A DNA stretch of 64,000 bases from Actinomycetota bacterium (GCA_014384285.1 JACNGE010000011.1:20617-84616); one strand, 5' to 3'. Shown: positions 1-9,316, numbered from the stretch's first letter. Translations and numbers: made by a program. The notes: a model not told the origin generated them from the sequence alone.

Positions 1-3
1 ATC

Positions 4-642
4 ATGACGCCGAGAGTAGATGTATTGTTTTTATCACTACCCGTCAGTCTTGATGATGTAAAAAAAGTTGTAAACGATAAAAGAATTTCCAGAGTTCCTG
101 TTTCGAAAACGGAATCTCTAGATGATACATTTGGTGTTGTTTATGTGAAGGATTTAATAAATCTAAACGATCCAACTGAAAGTGTAGAAATAGAGAGCTT
201 GATTAAAGATGCTATTTATCTTCCAGAGTATACCACTGTCCTTTCGGCCCTAAATATTCTCCGAGAAAATAAATCAAGTTTCGCATGTGTGATTGATGAA
301 AATGGTGGTATCGAAGGTGTTGTTACAATCAAAGATGTTCTTTCGGAGTTTGTAGGTGATTTACCAGACGAACATGATCAAAGATTTTCTGGTATTAGAA
401 GATTAGGCCCTGGTCAGTGGCGAATAGATGGAAAAACTGATATTGATGACTTTGAAGAATTTTTTGGTCTTGAGGAAAGTGGCAAAGATGTTGCTACAGT
501 TGGGGGGCTTTACCTGAGTCATAGTGAACAGCTTCCATCAGAGGGTGAAAAAATAACTATAAACGGCCTAGAAATAACTGTCGTAGAGTTAGACAGTAGA
601 AGAATTGAATCCGTAGTAGTTAAAAAAATAGCTAAGAAATAA
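4..642 (+). CDS. C-terminal part of a CBS-pair plus CorC/HlyC transporter-associated-domain protein (TlyC/CorC/CNNM-like); the 5' end lies outside the window
   Basis: ORF runs from the window edge. Architecture is a CBS pair followed by a CorC_HlyC-like C-terminal region (..GVVTIKDVLSEFVGDL..). Confidence 0.55.
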   Translation: MTPRVDVLFLSLPVSLDDVKKVVNDKRISRVPVSKTESLDDTFGVVYVKDLINLNDPTESVEIESLIKDAIYLPEYTTVLSALNILRENKSSFACVIDENGGIEGVVTIKDVLSEFVGDLPDEHDQRFSGIRRLGPGQWRIDGKTDIDDFEEFFGLEESGKDVATVGGLYLSHSEQLPSEGEKITINGLEITVVELDSRRIESVVVKKIAKK

Positions 643-669
643 TTTATCACAATCCACTAGAGTAAAAGT

Positions 670-951
670 ATGCAAGTTTTATATGCCTTAATTCCACTCT
701 TAGGAGGTTGGTTGGTATATGGCCTTATTGCATCTCTATTTCTGAAAAGAGCCAGTAGTAGAGATTATTTGCTACTTATATCCTCTGGGCTTATTGGAGG
801 GCTTATTGGAGGCTCTATAGGTGAAGGCATGGACATACCTGGGAATCTATGGTGGATGAGAGAATTGCTAAAAATTGGAGTCACAATTGTAGCAATGTAT
901 ACGATTCAAATTATCAGACTACAAGTTTACAATTTTAAAAATAAAAACTAG
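670..951 (+). CDS. small Gly-rich membrane protein, GlsB/YeaQ/YmgE-like
   Basis: 93 aa, two hydrophobic helices, GLIGGLIGGSIG motif resembles the transglycosylase-associated family. A good RBS (aggagg) lies upstream. Confidence 0.35.
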   Translation: MQVLYALIPLLGGWLVYGLIASLFLKRASSRDYLLLISSGLIGGLIGGSIGEGMDIPGNLWWMRELLKIGVTIVAMYTIQIIRLQVYNFKNKN

Positions 952-1226
952 TTTTTTGGGACTCTGGCTGCTTTTAATAAACTTGCATTTTCGTCAATCA
1001 AACCGCATCTTTTTGAAAGTAGTTTTGTGTTAAATGCAAATAGGTTTTTTCTCCAAGTAGCTATAAAGCCATACCCACCTGCTTCATCTAGCTTTGCAAA
1101 AGCTGCATCAAGATCTTTTGTAGATTCGGCTATGACAACTGGTAGAGTTTCATAAGTTGCATCATAATCTTCAGAAGGTTCAATTTTAGATGAAAGTAGC
1201 AATGTTTCTAGAAGTGAACTACTCAT
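948..1226 (-). CDS. hypothetical protein (92 aa) downstream of ptsH
   Basis: ORF overlaps the HPr stop by 8 nt on the same strand. No recognisable motif. Confidence 0.3.
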   Translation of the reverse strand: MSSSLLETLLLSSKIEPSEDYDATYETLPVVIAESTKDLDAAFAKLDEAGGYGFIATWRKNLFAFNTKLLSKRCGLIDENASLLKAARVPKN

Positions 1227-1503
1227 TGTCTAGCAACTCCTCAAATTTCGATAAAAAAAGTTCTTCATCTTCTCCATCAAGCACGATCGTGAAGGGCTTG
1301 TCTTTGGCTATGCCAAGACTTAATATACCAATCATACTTTTTCCATCTTTTTCAATGAGTTTTTCTTCACCAGTCTGTGGATTTTTCTTATTAAATTTAA
1401 CTTTTACTGTACCATCAAACTCTTGTGCAATCTTAACGAATAGACTTGCAGGCCTTGCATGTAAACCAACTTCATCTTTAACAACTAATTCTTTTTCTAA
1501 CAT
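1219..1503 (-). CDS. ptsH: phosphocarrier protein HPr
   Basis: 94 aa. Contains the GLHARPA active-site His motif and the KS(M)IGILSLG regulatory Ser region typical of HPr. Confidence 0.85.
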   Translation of the reverse strand: MLEKELVVKDEVGLHARPASLFVKIAQEFDGTVKVKFNKKNPQTGEEKLIEKDGKSMIGILSLGIAKDKPFTIVLDGEDEELFLSKFEELLDNE

Positions 1504-2583
1504 TTACAAACCTAGCCTTTCAATGTAATTATCACTATAGTTTCCAATTTCCCAAAACTCACTATATATATTAGTTTTTCCCTTTTTTAAGACTGTCTTG
1601 TTAAAACTACTGAAACCTTCAACTTGTGGAAAGTCTTCATGGATAATTATGTCCAATACAATTCTGAATGTATTGACATCTTTATTATTGTTTATCAATA
1701 GTCTTAGAGGGTATTCAAACCTTTCATTTTTAGAAAATTTAATTTCAGGATTTCTGGCAATTCTGTCTACCTGATCTTTTATATCTGGAAGCGCAAATCT
1801 ATCAAGAATAGTTCTACCAAAATCATCTAAGTTTTCATCTGTTTTAGAAAATAAATAATATGCTTCAGATAAACTCTTCACAGCTTGTTCTGCAAACTCT
1901 CTTCCTTCTGTACTTGAAATTATCTCATCAATATAAAAATTACCCTTTGAAAGTCCGTAATAAGCAAGTTTTAAATGGAGACCATTTAAAAGCCATAACT
2001 TTTTATAAAATTCATTTTCATAATTTTTATAAGAAACTATTTTTGATGAATCGAGGGGTTGTAATTCAGTTGCATCATCCAAAATAATTGATCCATAAGT
2101 TTCTACAACAACGTCTAAAGACATTAAAGGCTGGGGAGGAACAATTTTGTCTACAACTGCATCAATAATTTTTAAATTAGGGTTGGGAGATTTTATTTTT
2201 GATCCTGTATTGCTCGATGCTCTGTACATGTTTTCAAAAGCTATAAATACTTGTTCTTCTTTGTGGTCAAGCATGGCTACTTTTTCAAAGATTCCCTCTA
2301 CAAACTTTGGTCCAACAGAAGTTGTAACTATGTCAGCACTTAGCAATACTTCATTTAATTTTTGAGTATCTTCTAAATGTACTGCTCTAATATTTTTTAT
2401 TTTCTGCTTGTTAAATCCATTTATATCAAGAGATTTTATTGTATATTGACCTTGTTCGTTTATTTGATTAACTATATCTGTGTTTACATCTACAAATATC
2501 ACTTCACAGTCATTATCTTGAAGTACCGGAGCAATGAACCCTCTTCCTATATTGCCAGCACCAAAATGAACAGCGTGTTTCAT
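1504..2583 (-). CDS. mtlD: mannitol-1-phosphate 5-dehydrogenase
   Basis: N-terminal HFGAGNIGRGFIAPVL Rossmann signature characteristic of MtlD. 359 aa. Stop/start abuts ptsH. Confidence 0.8.
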   Translation of the reverse strand: MKHAVHFGAGNIGRGFIAPVLQDNDCEVIFVDVNTDIVNQINEQGQYTIKSLDINGFNKQKIKNIRAVHLEDTQKLNEVLLSADIVTTSVGPKFVEGIFEKVAMLDHKEEQVFIAFENMYRASSNTGSKIKSPNPNLKIIDAVVDKIVPPQPLMSLDVVVETYGSIILDDATELQPLDSSKIVSYKNYENEFYKKLWLLNGLHLKLAYYGLSKGNFYIDEIISSTEGREFAEQAVKSLSEAYYLFSKTDENLDDFGRTILDRFALPDIKDQVDRIARNPEIKFSKNERFEYPLRLLINNNKDVNTFRIVLDIIIHEDFPQVEGFSSFNKTVLKKGKTNIYSEFWEIGNYSDNYIERLGL

Positions 2584-3023
2584 AGGCTCATAGATAAAAG
2601 ATTAAAAATATTTTCTACAGATGATTCTTTCCAAAGTTTTTTAGCATCTTCCTCTTCTTCTATTGCATCAGCTAAAGCTGATAATACTCCCATGTGATCA
2701 TCGGAATTGGCTGCAATGCCGACAATTACATACGCCATCTCCTCGTTCCAAAAAACTCCATCAGGTACTTGGATTACACTGATTCCAGTGTGTTTAACAT
2801 GTTTAGAACCCTCTGCCATGCCATGAGGTATGGCAACACCATTGCCTATATATGTGGCAAAAGATTGTGTTTCAAGCTTTTCGAGCATTGATTGGATGTA
2901 TTCTTTCTCTACATAGCCATTCTGAAAAAGAATTTCTCCAGCCATAATTGTTGCATCTTCTTTTGAAGTAAATGCTTGGCCTGTAACTATAGATTCTTTG
3001 ACTAATACCTCATTTTGATTCAT
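2580..3023 (-). CDS. mtlF: PTS EIIA, mannitol/fructose type (PTS_EIIA_2)
   Basis: 147 aa with the GVAIPHG phosphorylation-site motif. Overlaps mtlD by 4 nt. Confidence 0.75.
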   Translation of the reverse strand: MNQNEVLVKESIVTGQAFTSKEDATIMAGEILFQNGYVEKEYIQSMLEKLETQSFATYIGNGVAIPHGMAEGSKHVKHTGISVIQVPDGVFWNEEMAYVIVGIAANSDDHMGVLSALADAIEEEEDAKKLWKESSVENIFNLLSMSL

Positions 3024-3388
3024 GAAGAGGTGATTTCATTACCCTCTGATAAATCTGAAATAAGTTTTTTAAGAGATGGGTCATTCATAAACATTGTAAA
3101 TTGAACGATAACTGCATTTTCAGGTGCTGCTGCCTTTGCTGCTCCAGAAAGTCCTGTGTGACAGACAACTATATCGGAGTCTGCAGGAATTTGGGTTGCA
3201 GGTGCATGAACGATTTCTACATCTAATCCAGCTTTTTTTGCTTTTTTAATTAGGCCATTTTTAACCATTAAACTTGATCCGGCACCAGCTTCACACGCTA
3301 GGCAAATCTTTTTGACATCCGCTGCTTGTATTGAACTCATATTTTCCTCCAAAAAAAATTGACTTGAGGATTTTACTCCCCAAGTCAA
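3020..3388 (-). CDS. PTS EIIB, mannitol-type, as a stand-alone gene
   Basis: 122 aa. CLACEAGAGSSLM resembles the MtlA IIB Cys-loop (C.AG.GSS.M). Overlaps the EIIA gene by 4 nt. Confidence 0.65.
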   Translation of the reverse strand: MTWGVKSSSQFFLEENMSSIQAADVKKICLACEAGAGSSLMVKNGLIKKAKKAGLDVEIVHAPATQIPADSDIVVCHTGLSGAAKAAAPENAVIVQFTMFMNDPSLKKLISDLSEGNEITSS

Positions 3389-3408
3389 TTATAACTTAAT
3401 AGTTTATG

Positions 3409-4470
3409 TTAGACAGTAGGTATATTGCTTTCGATAGTAGCTTCTACGCCTGCGTCTGTTTCTTTGATTGGGCGAGCTCTTAGTAAGATAACACCGACTA
3501 CAGCAGATGCTGCTGTTGCGATTGCCACTCCACCGAGAACTGCAAATGCCCCACCTTTTGGAAGCATAGCAATGTATGCAAAAATACTTCCTGGTGATGG
3601 AGGTCCTACAAGACCTGCTCCGGTTGCTACGAACCAAAGGTCAGCTGAAATTCCACCAGCCCACATTGCGATGATCATAATTGGATGACCAAGGACATAT
3701 GGGAAATAGATTTCGTGAATTCCTCCAAAGAAATGGATAATTATTGAGCCAGGTGCGGATTCTTTCCACATGCCTGTACCAGCAAACCAATATGCTAGAA
3801 GTAATCCAAGTCCTGGACCTGGGTTTGTTTCTAGTAAGAAATATATTGATTGACCAGCTTCTGCTGACTCAGCTGCTCCAAGAGGTGTTAACACACCTTG
3901 GTTTACAGCATTGTTCAAGAACAATACTTTTGCAACTTCAATAGGAATGTCAGCTAACGGAACTAGACCACTGTCTACTAACGCTGCTGCACCATTTCCT
4001 AATGCTTCTGTTATTGCATCAAGTATTGGACTGATAATGTTAAAAGCTAGAACAGCAAGACCCCAACCCAAAATACCGAGTGAGAAGTTGTCATATAACA
4101 TCTCAAAACCTTCTGGTATATTGTCTTGTAATCTACTATCCACTTGCTTCAGTACCCAAGCTGCTGCTGGACCAATGGCCATAGCACCTAGGAACTGTGG
4201 TGAAGATGTAGCAACAATAATTGCTGTTGTAACAACTGCACCGATTACACCACCTCTATGACCATGAACCATTTTTCCACCTGTATAACCTAATAGAAGT
4301 GGAAGAAGAGTCAGAATCATAGGACCTACCATTTGGACCAAATCTTCGTTTGGCAACCAACCAGTAGGTATATAAAGTGCTGTAATTAAACCCCAAGCAA
4401 TGAAAGCACCAATATTAGGAATAACCATTCCTGACATAGCACCGCCAACGCGTTGTATGGATTCTTTCAT
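3409..4470 (-). CDS. mtlA: PTS EIIC, mannitol-specific permease
   Basis: 353 aa polytopic membrane protein. N-terminus MKESIQRVGGAMSGMVIPNIGAFIAWG is typical of the MtlA IIC domain. Confidence 0.8.
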   Translation of the reverse strand: MKESIQRVGGAMSGMVIPNIGAFIAWGLITALYIPTGWLPNEDLVQMVGPMILTLLPLLLGYTGGKMVHGHRGGVIGAVVTTAIIVATSSPQFLGAMAIGPAAAWVLKQVDSRLQDNIPEGFEMLYDNFSLGILGWGLAVLAFNIISPILDAITEALGNGAAALVDSGLVPLADIPIEVAKVLFLNNAVNQGVLTPLGAAESAEAGQSIYFLLETNPGPGLGLLLAYWFAGTGMWKESAPGSIIIHFFGGIHEIYFPYVLGHPIMIIAMWAGGISADLWFVATGAGLVGPPSPGSIFAYIAMLPKGGAFAVLGGVAIATAASAVVGVILLRARPIKETDAGVEATIESNIPTV

Positions 4471-4484
4471 ATTACAATCCCCCT

Positions 4485-4514
4485 AACGATCGTTTTTGTT
4501 GAATTTTTCAACAA
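4485..4514. promoter_or_regulatory. two adjacent perfect palindromes upstream of the mtl operon: AACGATCGTT (4485-4494) and TTGTTGAATTTTTCAACAA (4496-4514)
   Basis: Read directly from the sequence, 26-50 nt upstream of the mtlA start codon. Candidate operator for a mannitol or catabolite regulator. Confidence 0.3.
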
Positions 4515-4534
4515 TATCATTATAAAAGTAGGTT

Positions 4535-5044
4535 TTGATGTTTCACTTTGACTTTCGTTCATCTAAAATTAAATATGTAACTAAATTGTTGCTAAAAAGT
4601 CTATTTTTTAGACCAATTCAACAAAAAAGACTTGATTCATTAAAAAAAGGGGTTTTTTTGAAAAATATACTTATTTTTCTTGTTTTAATTGTCTTTTTGG
4701 CGGCAATTTCTATCGGAGCAACAGGATCTTTAGTTTCAGGAACATCAGGTGTATTTAATAAGGTACAAGGTGAGGTTTTTCAGGAAACATCCAGTGAAGT
4801 CATTATTGAAGATGATAAATTATTCATTTCTATAAATAAAAAAGATAAAGAAAATACTGAAAAAAGTGTTATCGATTGCCTTAATTTTTACTCGGATAAG
4901 TACCCTGATCTACTGGTATACACCTGTGAGATAGTTGTTAGAACTAACATAATTATTGATGATAGTTGTAATTACTTAACTGGAGTACTGACAAAGAAGT
5001 ACGCAGAAGAATCTATAACTTTAAACTACAACAGTAGCTGTTAG
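4535..5044 (+). CDS. hypothetical membrane-anchored or secreted protein
   Basis: 169 aa with a hydrophobic segment (LIFLVLIVFLAAISIGA) near the N-terminus. No known motif. True start uncertain. Confidence 0.3.
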   Translation: MMFHFDFRSSKIKYVTKLLLKSLFFRPIQQKRLDSLKKGVFLKNILIFLVLIVFLAAISIGATGSLVSGTSGVFNKVQGEVFQETSSEVIIEDDKLFISINKKDKENTEKSVIDCLNFYSDKYPDLLVYTCEIVVRTNIIIDDSCNYLTGVLTKKYAEESITLNYNSSC

Positions 5045-5319
5045 TCAAATAGAGAGCCGAGTAGACTTTCTCCCTCAACTTCAATTTCTGCAAGAGGCTC
5101 ACCTACATTAACCATCGAACCTTCTTCAGCAATTAGTTTTGTAATTTTTCCATCAAATGGACTATCTAGATCCATATCGACCTTGTCGGTAGCAATCTCA
5201 GCTATCACATCACCTTTTTTTACTTCATCTCCAACATTTACTTTCCAAGTTAACAGTTCTGCTTCTGTCATTTGGTCAGACATCGCAGGAAGAATAATAT
5301 TTTCATTGCTCATTTTCAA
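5041..5319 (-). CDS. stand-alone lipoyl-attachment domain protein; an E2-like lipoyl domain with no catalytic domain
   Basis: 92 aa. IATDKVDMDLDSPFDGKITKL matches the lipoyl-lysine motif (..TDKA/V..). The ORF stops after a single domain. Confidence 0.7.
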   Translation of the reverse strand: MKMSNENIILPAMSDQMTEAELLTWKVNVGDEVKKGDVIAEIATDKVDMDLDSPFDGKITKLIAEEGSMVNVGEPLAEIEVEGESLLGSLFD

Positions 5320-6298
5320 TCATCTCCTTTATTTTTTGTACGATATCCTCTTCTTGAGGTATCACTGTTGTTTCTAAATGTTTTGCAGACGGCATAGGAC
5401 TATGTAGACCAGCTAATAATTCTGGTGATTGATTTAGTGCTTTGAATGCACGAGAAGTAACTACTTCAGATATTAAGGTAGAGCCAACAGAGCTACTCGC
5501 AGGGGCTTCTTGGCAAACTAATAGTCTTTTAGTTTTCTCAACTGAGTTAATTACTGATTCTGAATCCATAGGTGCTAAAGTCAATAAATCAATAATTTCA
5601 ATAGAGTAATCTGTTAGGGAATCTTCTTTTGCAGCACTTATAACACTATTTACCATGTTTGAATATGAGACAACAGTAATATCATTCCCCTCTTGAATAA
5701 CTTTTGATTTACCAAGCTCTGATGAATCACTAGGCATAGGTCCTAAATTTACTTCGGACTTAAGTTTGTAAATTAACTTATGTTCCATAAAAATTACAGG
5801 ATTTGGATCAACGAAGGAAGCTAAAAGTAGATCAAATGCATTTTGAGGATTTGATGGAGTTACAACTTTTAAGCCTGGTACGTGACAAAACCATGACTCT
5901 AACGACTGACTGTGTTGTGCTGCTGCACCTGTACCAGCGCCACTAGCTCCTCTTACAATCATTGGAACATTCACTGCTCCTCCATACATGAAATGTAATT
6001 TCGCAGCCTGATTTACAATTGGATCCATCGCATTTACAATAAAGTCACTAAATTGCATCTCAACAATTGGCTTAGAGCCAGTAATAGCTGCACCGACGGC
6101 TAAACCGGCAATAACATCTTCTGAAATTGGTGTATCTTTAATTCTTTCATGACCATATTTTTCTAACAAACCATCTGTTACGCCAAAAGCCCCACCATAT
6201 ACTCCTATATCTTCACCTGCAATGAATGTTGTATCGTTTGAGTCTAAACAAAGAGATAGTGCTTCTTTGATTGCTTGCCCTGTTGTCATTTCAGGCAT
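5303..6298 (-). CDS. 2-oxoacid/acetoin dehydrogenase E1 component, beta subunit (TPP-dependent)
   Basis: 331 aa. N-terminus is the classic E1-beta pattern (..TTGQAIKEAL..IAGEDIGVYGGAFGVTDGLLEKYG..RIKDTPISE..), with a transketolase-like C-terminal domain. Confidence 0.8.
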   Translation of the reverse strand: MPEMTTGQAIKEALSLCLDSNDTTFIAGEDIGVYGGAFGVTDGLLEKYGHERIKDTPISEDVIAGLAVGAAITGSKPIVEMQFSDFIVNAMDPIVNQAAKLHFMYGGAVNVPMIVRGASGAGTGAAAQHSQSLESWFCHVPGLKVVTPSNPQNAFDLLLASFVDPNPVIFMEHKLIYKLKSEVNLGPMPSDSSELGKSKVIQEGNDITVVSYSNMVNSVISAAKEDSLTDYSIEIIDLLTLAPMDSESVINSVEKTKRLLVCQEAPASSSVGSTLISEVVTSRAFKALNQSPELLAGLHSPMPSAKHLETTVIPQEEDIVQKIKEMIENEQ

Positions 6299-7244
6299 AA
6301 GAATCCTCCTCTAAATTGGTTTTAGGACTTTCAGGTGATTCTAAAGCCTTTTTAACTGATTCTCTGATTAGGTTTTTTACTTCGACTTCAACCTTTTTTA
6401 ATTCGTCAATTTCTACTTTTTCTTCAGTTAATTTACCAATAAATCGTTTCAAAGGATCTTTTTCTTCTTTCCAAAAATTAATTTCATCTGATGTTCTATA
6501 CAAATTACGATCAGATTTTGAATGACCTCTATATCTATAAGTTACAGATTCAATAAACATTGGTTTTCCTGAACTTTTTATTTTTTCTTTACACTTAGAT
6601 ACAGTCTCATAGACCTCTTCAACATCGTTACCATCTATAGAGACACTTTTGATTCCATAAGATTCAGCTCTTTGAGTAATAGAACCTCCTGCAACAGCAT
6701 TTTCTGACGCCATGGACATGCCATATTGATTATTTTCACATACAAATAAGACTGGTAGGTCCCAAAGAGAAGCAAGGTTTAATGCCTCATGAAATGACCC
6801 TTCGTTTACAGCACCATCTCCAAAAAAACAAAGAACAATATTTTCAATTTTTTGCATTTTTAAAGATAGAGCTGCTCCTACTGAAATTGTTAAACTACCT
6901 GCAACAATTCCATTTGCACCTAGGTTCCCATTTGATAAATCGGCAATATGCATAGAGCCACCTCTGCCTCTACAGTATCCATCCTCTCTGCCGAGTAATT
7001 CAGCAAACATTTTGTAAGGGTCTGCACCTTTTGCTAAACAGTGGCCATGGCCTCGATGAGTAGAAGTAATTAAATCTTTTTTTTCTAAAGCTAGGCATGC
7101 ACCAGTAGCGGTAGCCTCTTGCCCAATAGATAAATGCATAGTTCCGTGCAACAACCCCCTTGAAAACATCTCTTCCAAGGCCTCTTCAAATAAACGAATA
7201 AGGAGCATCATTCGATATAGTTCTAATTTATTTTCTTTACTCAC
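6291..7244 (-). CDS. 2-oxoacid/acetoin dehydrogenase E1 component, alpha subunit (TPP-binding)
   Basis: 317 aa. TPP motif FFGDGAVNEGSFHEALNLASLWDLPVLFVCENNQYGMSM and the YRYRGHSKSD phosphorylation-loop region. Confidence 0.8.
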   Translation of the reverse strand: MSKENKLELYRMMLLIRLFEEALEEMFSRGLLHGTMHLSIGQEATATGACLALEKKDLITSTHRGHGHCLAKGADPYKMFAELLGREDGYCRGRGGSMHIADLSNGNLGANGIVAGSLTISVGAALSLKMQKIENIVLCFFGDGAVNEGSFHEALNLASLWDLPVLFVCENNQYGMSMASENAVAGGSITQRAESYGIKSVSIDGNDVEEVYETVSKCKEKIKSSGKPMFIESVTYRYRGHSKSDRNLYRTSDEINFWKEEKDPLKRFIGKLTEEKVEIDELKKVEVEVKNLIRESVKKALESPESPKTNLEEDSYA

Positions 7245-7254
7245 TTTTACCTTT

Positions 7255-8505
7255 TTAATTATTTTGTTTACTGCGTAACTTATTTATTAGGTTGTCAGGC
7301 AGTTCAATAGAGTCTCTAGGAATAGGTTCTCCTTGTTTAACCTCTCCGACAACGGTTGCTCCCTCAATCAGACCTAAGGGGGCTAGCCCCTCTGTTTCTG
7401 AATAGGGGTAAGCAACTCCATAGGAGCAGAAGCCACCAATTCCATCTATTGTGTCTCCGGGTTTCAAATTTTTCTTTGCATGACCAATTACCTCTGAAAT
7501 CCATGTTGTTGGCTGTAGTCCTGGTTCGTTATTAATAATTGCCATTCCAACACTTCTTGGTGCTTCGACAGAAGCTAAATGATAGGGCCTGTAAAGAGTG
7601 TAATAAGGGCCTTCACCCATAGACAGATATGCCATTTCCTCAATAATTGTTGGGTTATCTGTTGTAACAATTGAAAATACTCCTGGCGCTGGTCCAAAAG
7701 CAAAATCTACTCTCCCAGGTTCTTTCAAAACACCTCCATCTGATGTTGGAATTAGAGTCTTGTTTAGCTCTGAAACTTCACTAACAGGCCCATTCATTCC
7801 AACCTTGTCTAAAGGCATGCCTATGCCATTAGACAAAGAGGTCATCTCAATCATTGTTTTACTACCATCTACAAAGCTTGCAAGCATTTTTGGATTCATA
7901 TTTTTTTGTACTGCTCTTTCTTTTAATGAATCAGGTGTAGCAGTTTGATCTAATGGATTGTTTTTTCCTTTTCCAATACAAACTACTTCAAAACCTATAT
8001 CAACTGAGAAGTCATACAATTCCTTGCATGCCACAGGTTCATCCCCATTTGCAACACTATATACTATTCCTTTTTCTTTTGCTTTTTGAGCTAGGTATAG
8101 ACCTATCGTGATATCTGTTTCAACATTAAGCATTAAAATATGTTTACCTGCTTCAATACAACTTGAGGCTACTTCTGCACCAACCCATGGAACCCCTGTA
8201 GCTTCAAATACAATATCTATTGGAAGTTCTGCCAACTGTTTGGCGTCGTTAACTATTCCGCCATGACCGTTTGAGATTGAAGAAATTGCATCTTTGTTAT
8301 GCCCTATACTTTTCATGCCAGCAAGACCTAAGGCGTTTTCTGCTCTTTTATTGTCAATGTCAGCACAAGCTACTAATTCCATGCCAGGAATACGACTAAT
8401 TTGAGCTGCTAAGCCAGAACCCATTTGCCCAGCACCAGCAAGGCCAATACGTACTGGCCTTCCCAAATCTTTCTCTCTTTTAATAAGTTCTTGTGTGAAG
8501 TTCAT
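7255..8505 (-). CDS. NAD(P)-dependent oxidoreductase with homoserine-dehydrogenase-like Rossmann domain and C-terminal SAF domain
   Basis: 416 aa. N-terminal GLAGAGQMGSG dinucleotide-binding motif. C-terminal Gly-rich beta-rich region (LKPGDTIDGIGGF..) looks like a SAF domain. Confidence 0.5.
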   Translation of the reverse strand: MNFTQELIKREKDLGRPVRIGLAGAGQMGSGLAAQISRIPGMELVACADIDNKRAENALGLAGMKSIGHNKDAISSISNGHGGIVNDAKQLAELPIDIVFEATGVPWVGAEVASSCIEAGKHILMLNVETDITIGLYLAQKAKEKGIVYSVANGDEPVACKELYDFSVDIGFEVVCIGKGKNNPLDQTATPDSLKERAVQKNMNPKMLASFVDGSKTMIEMTSLSNGIGMPLDKVGMNGPVSEVSELNKTLIPTSDGGVLKEPGRVDFAFGPAPGVFSIVTTDNPTIIEEMAYLSMGEGPYYTLYRPYHLASVEAPRSVGMAIINNEPGLQPTTWISEVIGHAKKNLKPGDTIDGIGGFCSYGVAYPYSETEGLAPLGLIEGATVVGEVKQGEPIPRDSIELPDNLINKLRSKQNN

Positions 8506-8862
8506 TTAATTAATCTCTATCGTGTCGTCTACTTTTACTTCTGGCTTATTGGAAAAACTACAATTAACATCTCCAGGTAATGCTGCTTCTGTTGATGAAT
8601 CAAGTTTTAGAACTAGGTGACCTAAGTTAACAAAATTTTCATTTGCTACGGGGCCAACTGCTGTAACCGTGAGCTCTTCGTTAGATAAATTTATTGTTGT
8701 TCCAACTACAATTTCTCCAGTAACTTCTTTTAACTCATGGACAACGGCTACATCTTGTAGTTCTTCTGGAGCATTGTCTCCAAAAAATACAACTATTCCC
8801 TCTTCTAAAAATAAGTGGGCTTGTTCCCCAATTTTTACTATTTTAGAAGAGTAGACCCCCAC
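8506..8862 (-). CDS. srlB: PTS EIIA, glucitol/sorbitol family
   Basis: 118 aa. Pattern ..TAVGPVANENF.NLGHLVLKLD....LPGDV.. is collinear with E. coli SrlB (TAVGSVAEDNLRELGHVTLRFD...FPGTV). Confidence 0.7.
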   Translation of the reverse strand: MGVYSSKIVKIGEQAHLFLEEGIVVFFGDNAPEELQDVAVVHELKEVTGEIVVGTTINLSNEELTVTAVGPVANENFVNLGHLVLKLDSSTEAALPGDVNCSFSNKPEVKVDDTIEIN

Positions 8863-9239
8863 TATATTTCAGTAATCTGATCTTCGCCTACGCCTGAAAC
8901 AAAGTTTTCTTCTCTAATGAACTGGGCCAACGGACCTGCTGGAGAAGTGTCATGTATGTCAATGGTTGGAACACCCTTCATTGGATAAACTCCTATTCTT
9001 GCAGTTCCACCGCAGTCAATTACCGCACAGGCCATAGCTTTAAAACCACCCTCTGGAGATGATTTAAAACCGTCAAATGGCTCTGCACCAGTCATATCTG
9101 CAATTTTTTGTGCTACTGGATGAATACCTCCACCGGTAATACAAACAACATATTTTTTTTCATCTGTAGGCTTTACTTCTAATGGGCCTCCCCATCCTCC
9201 AGGTCCTCTTTCGATTTTTACCTTTTTGTATTCTGCCAT
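8862..9239 (-). CDS. srlE: glucitol/sorbitol PTS EIIB domain; matches the N-terminal half of SrlE, encoded as a separate ORF
   Basis: 125 aa. KIERGPGGWGGPLEVKP...VIDCGGTARIGVYPMKGVPTIDIH...GPLAQFI is collinear with E. coli SrlE residues ~1-120. Confidence 0.75.
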   Translation of the reverse strand: MAEYKKVKIERGPGGWGGPLEVKPTDEKKYVVCITGGGIHPVAQKIADMTGAEPFDGFKSSPEGGFKAMACAVIDCGGTARIGVYPMKGVPTIDIHDTSPAGPLAQFIREENFVSGVGEDQITEI

Positions 9240-9258
9240 TTTTGCTCCTTAAATTATC

Positions 9259-9290
9259 TGTGACGCTCTAATTTTACTCAGAGCGCCACA
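9259..9290 (-). other. strong RNA hairpin in the spacer between the two srlE halves (11-bp stem including one G-U pair, 10-nt loop)
   Basis: tgtgacgctct-aattttactc-agagcgccaca. On the minus-strand transcript the arms pair perfectly except for one G-U. Not followed by a U-run. The RBS aaggag for the downstream ORF follows. Confidence 0.35.
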
Positions 9291-9316
9291 AAAAATGAAA
9301 TTGTTGTCTTTGAAGT

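Noticed and set aside
1190-4261. Antisense or shadow ORFs inside PTS genes (1190-1528+, 1860-2087+, 2147-2365+, 2377-2697+, 3404-3637-, 3425-3688+, 3744-3944+, 3911-4261+) and similar ones throughout the window
   Set aside because: They lie wholly within strong homology-supported genes on the opposite strand or an alternative frame. They are low-complexity or Ser/Arg-rich with no motifs, as expected for AT-rich coding DNA.
4535-5319. Searched downstream of the lipoyl-domain ORF for an E2 catalytic domain or E3 in other frames
   Set aside because: None seen. The convergent 4535-5044 ORF occupies the space and has no CAT-domain motifs (no DHRxxDG).
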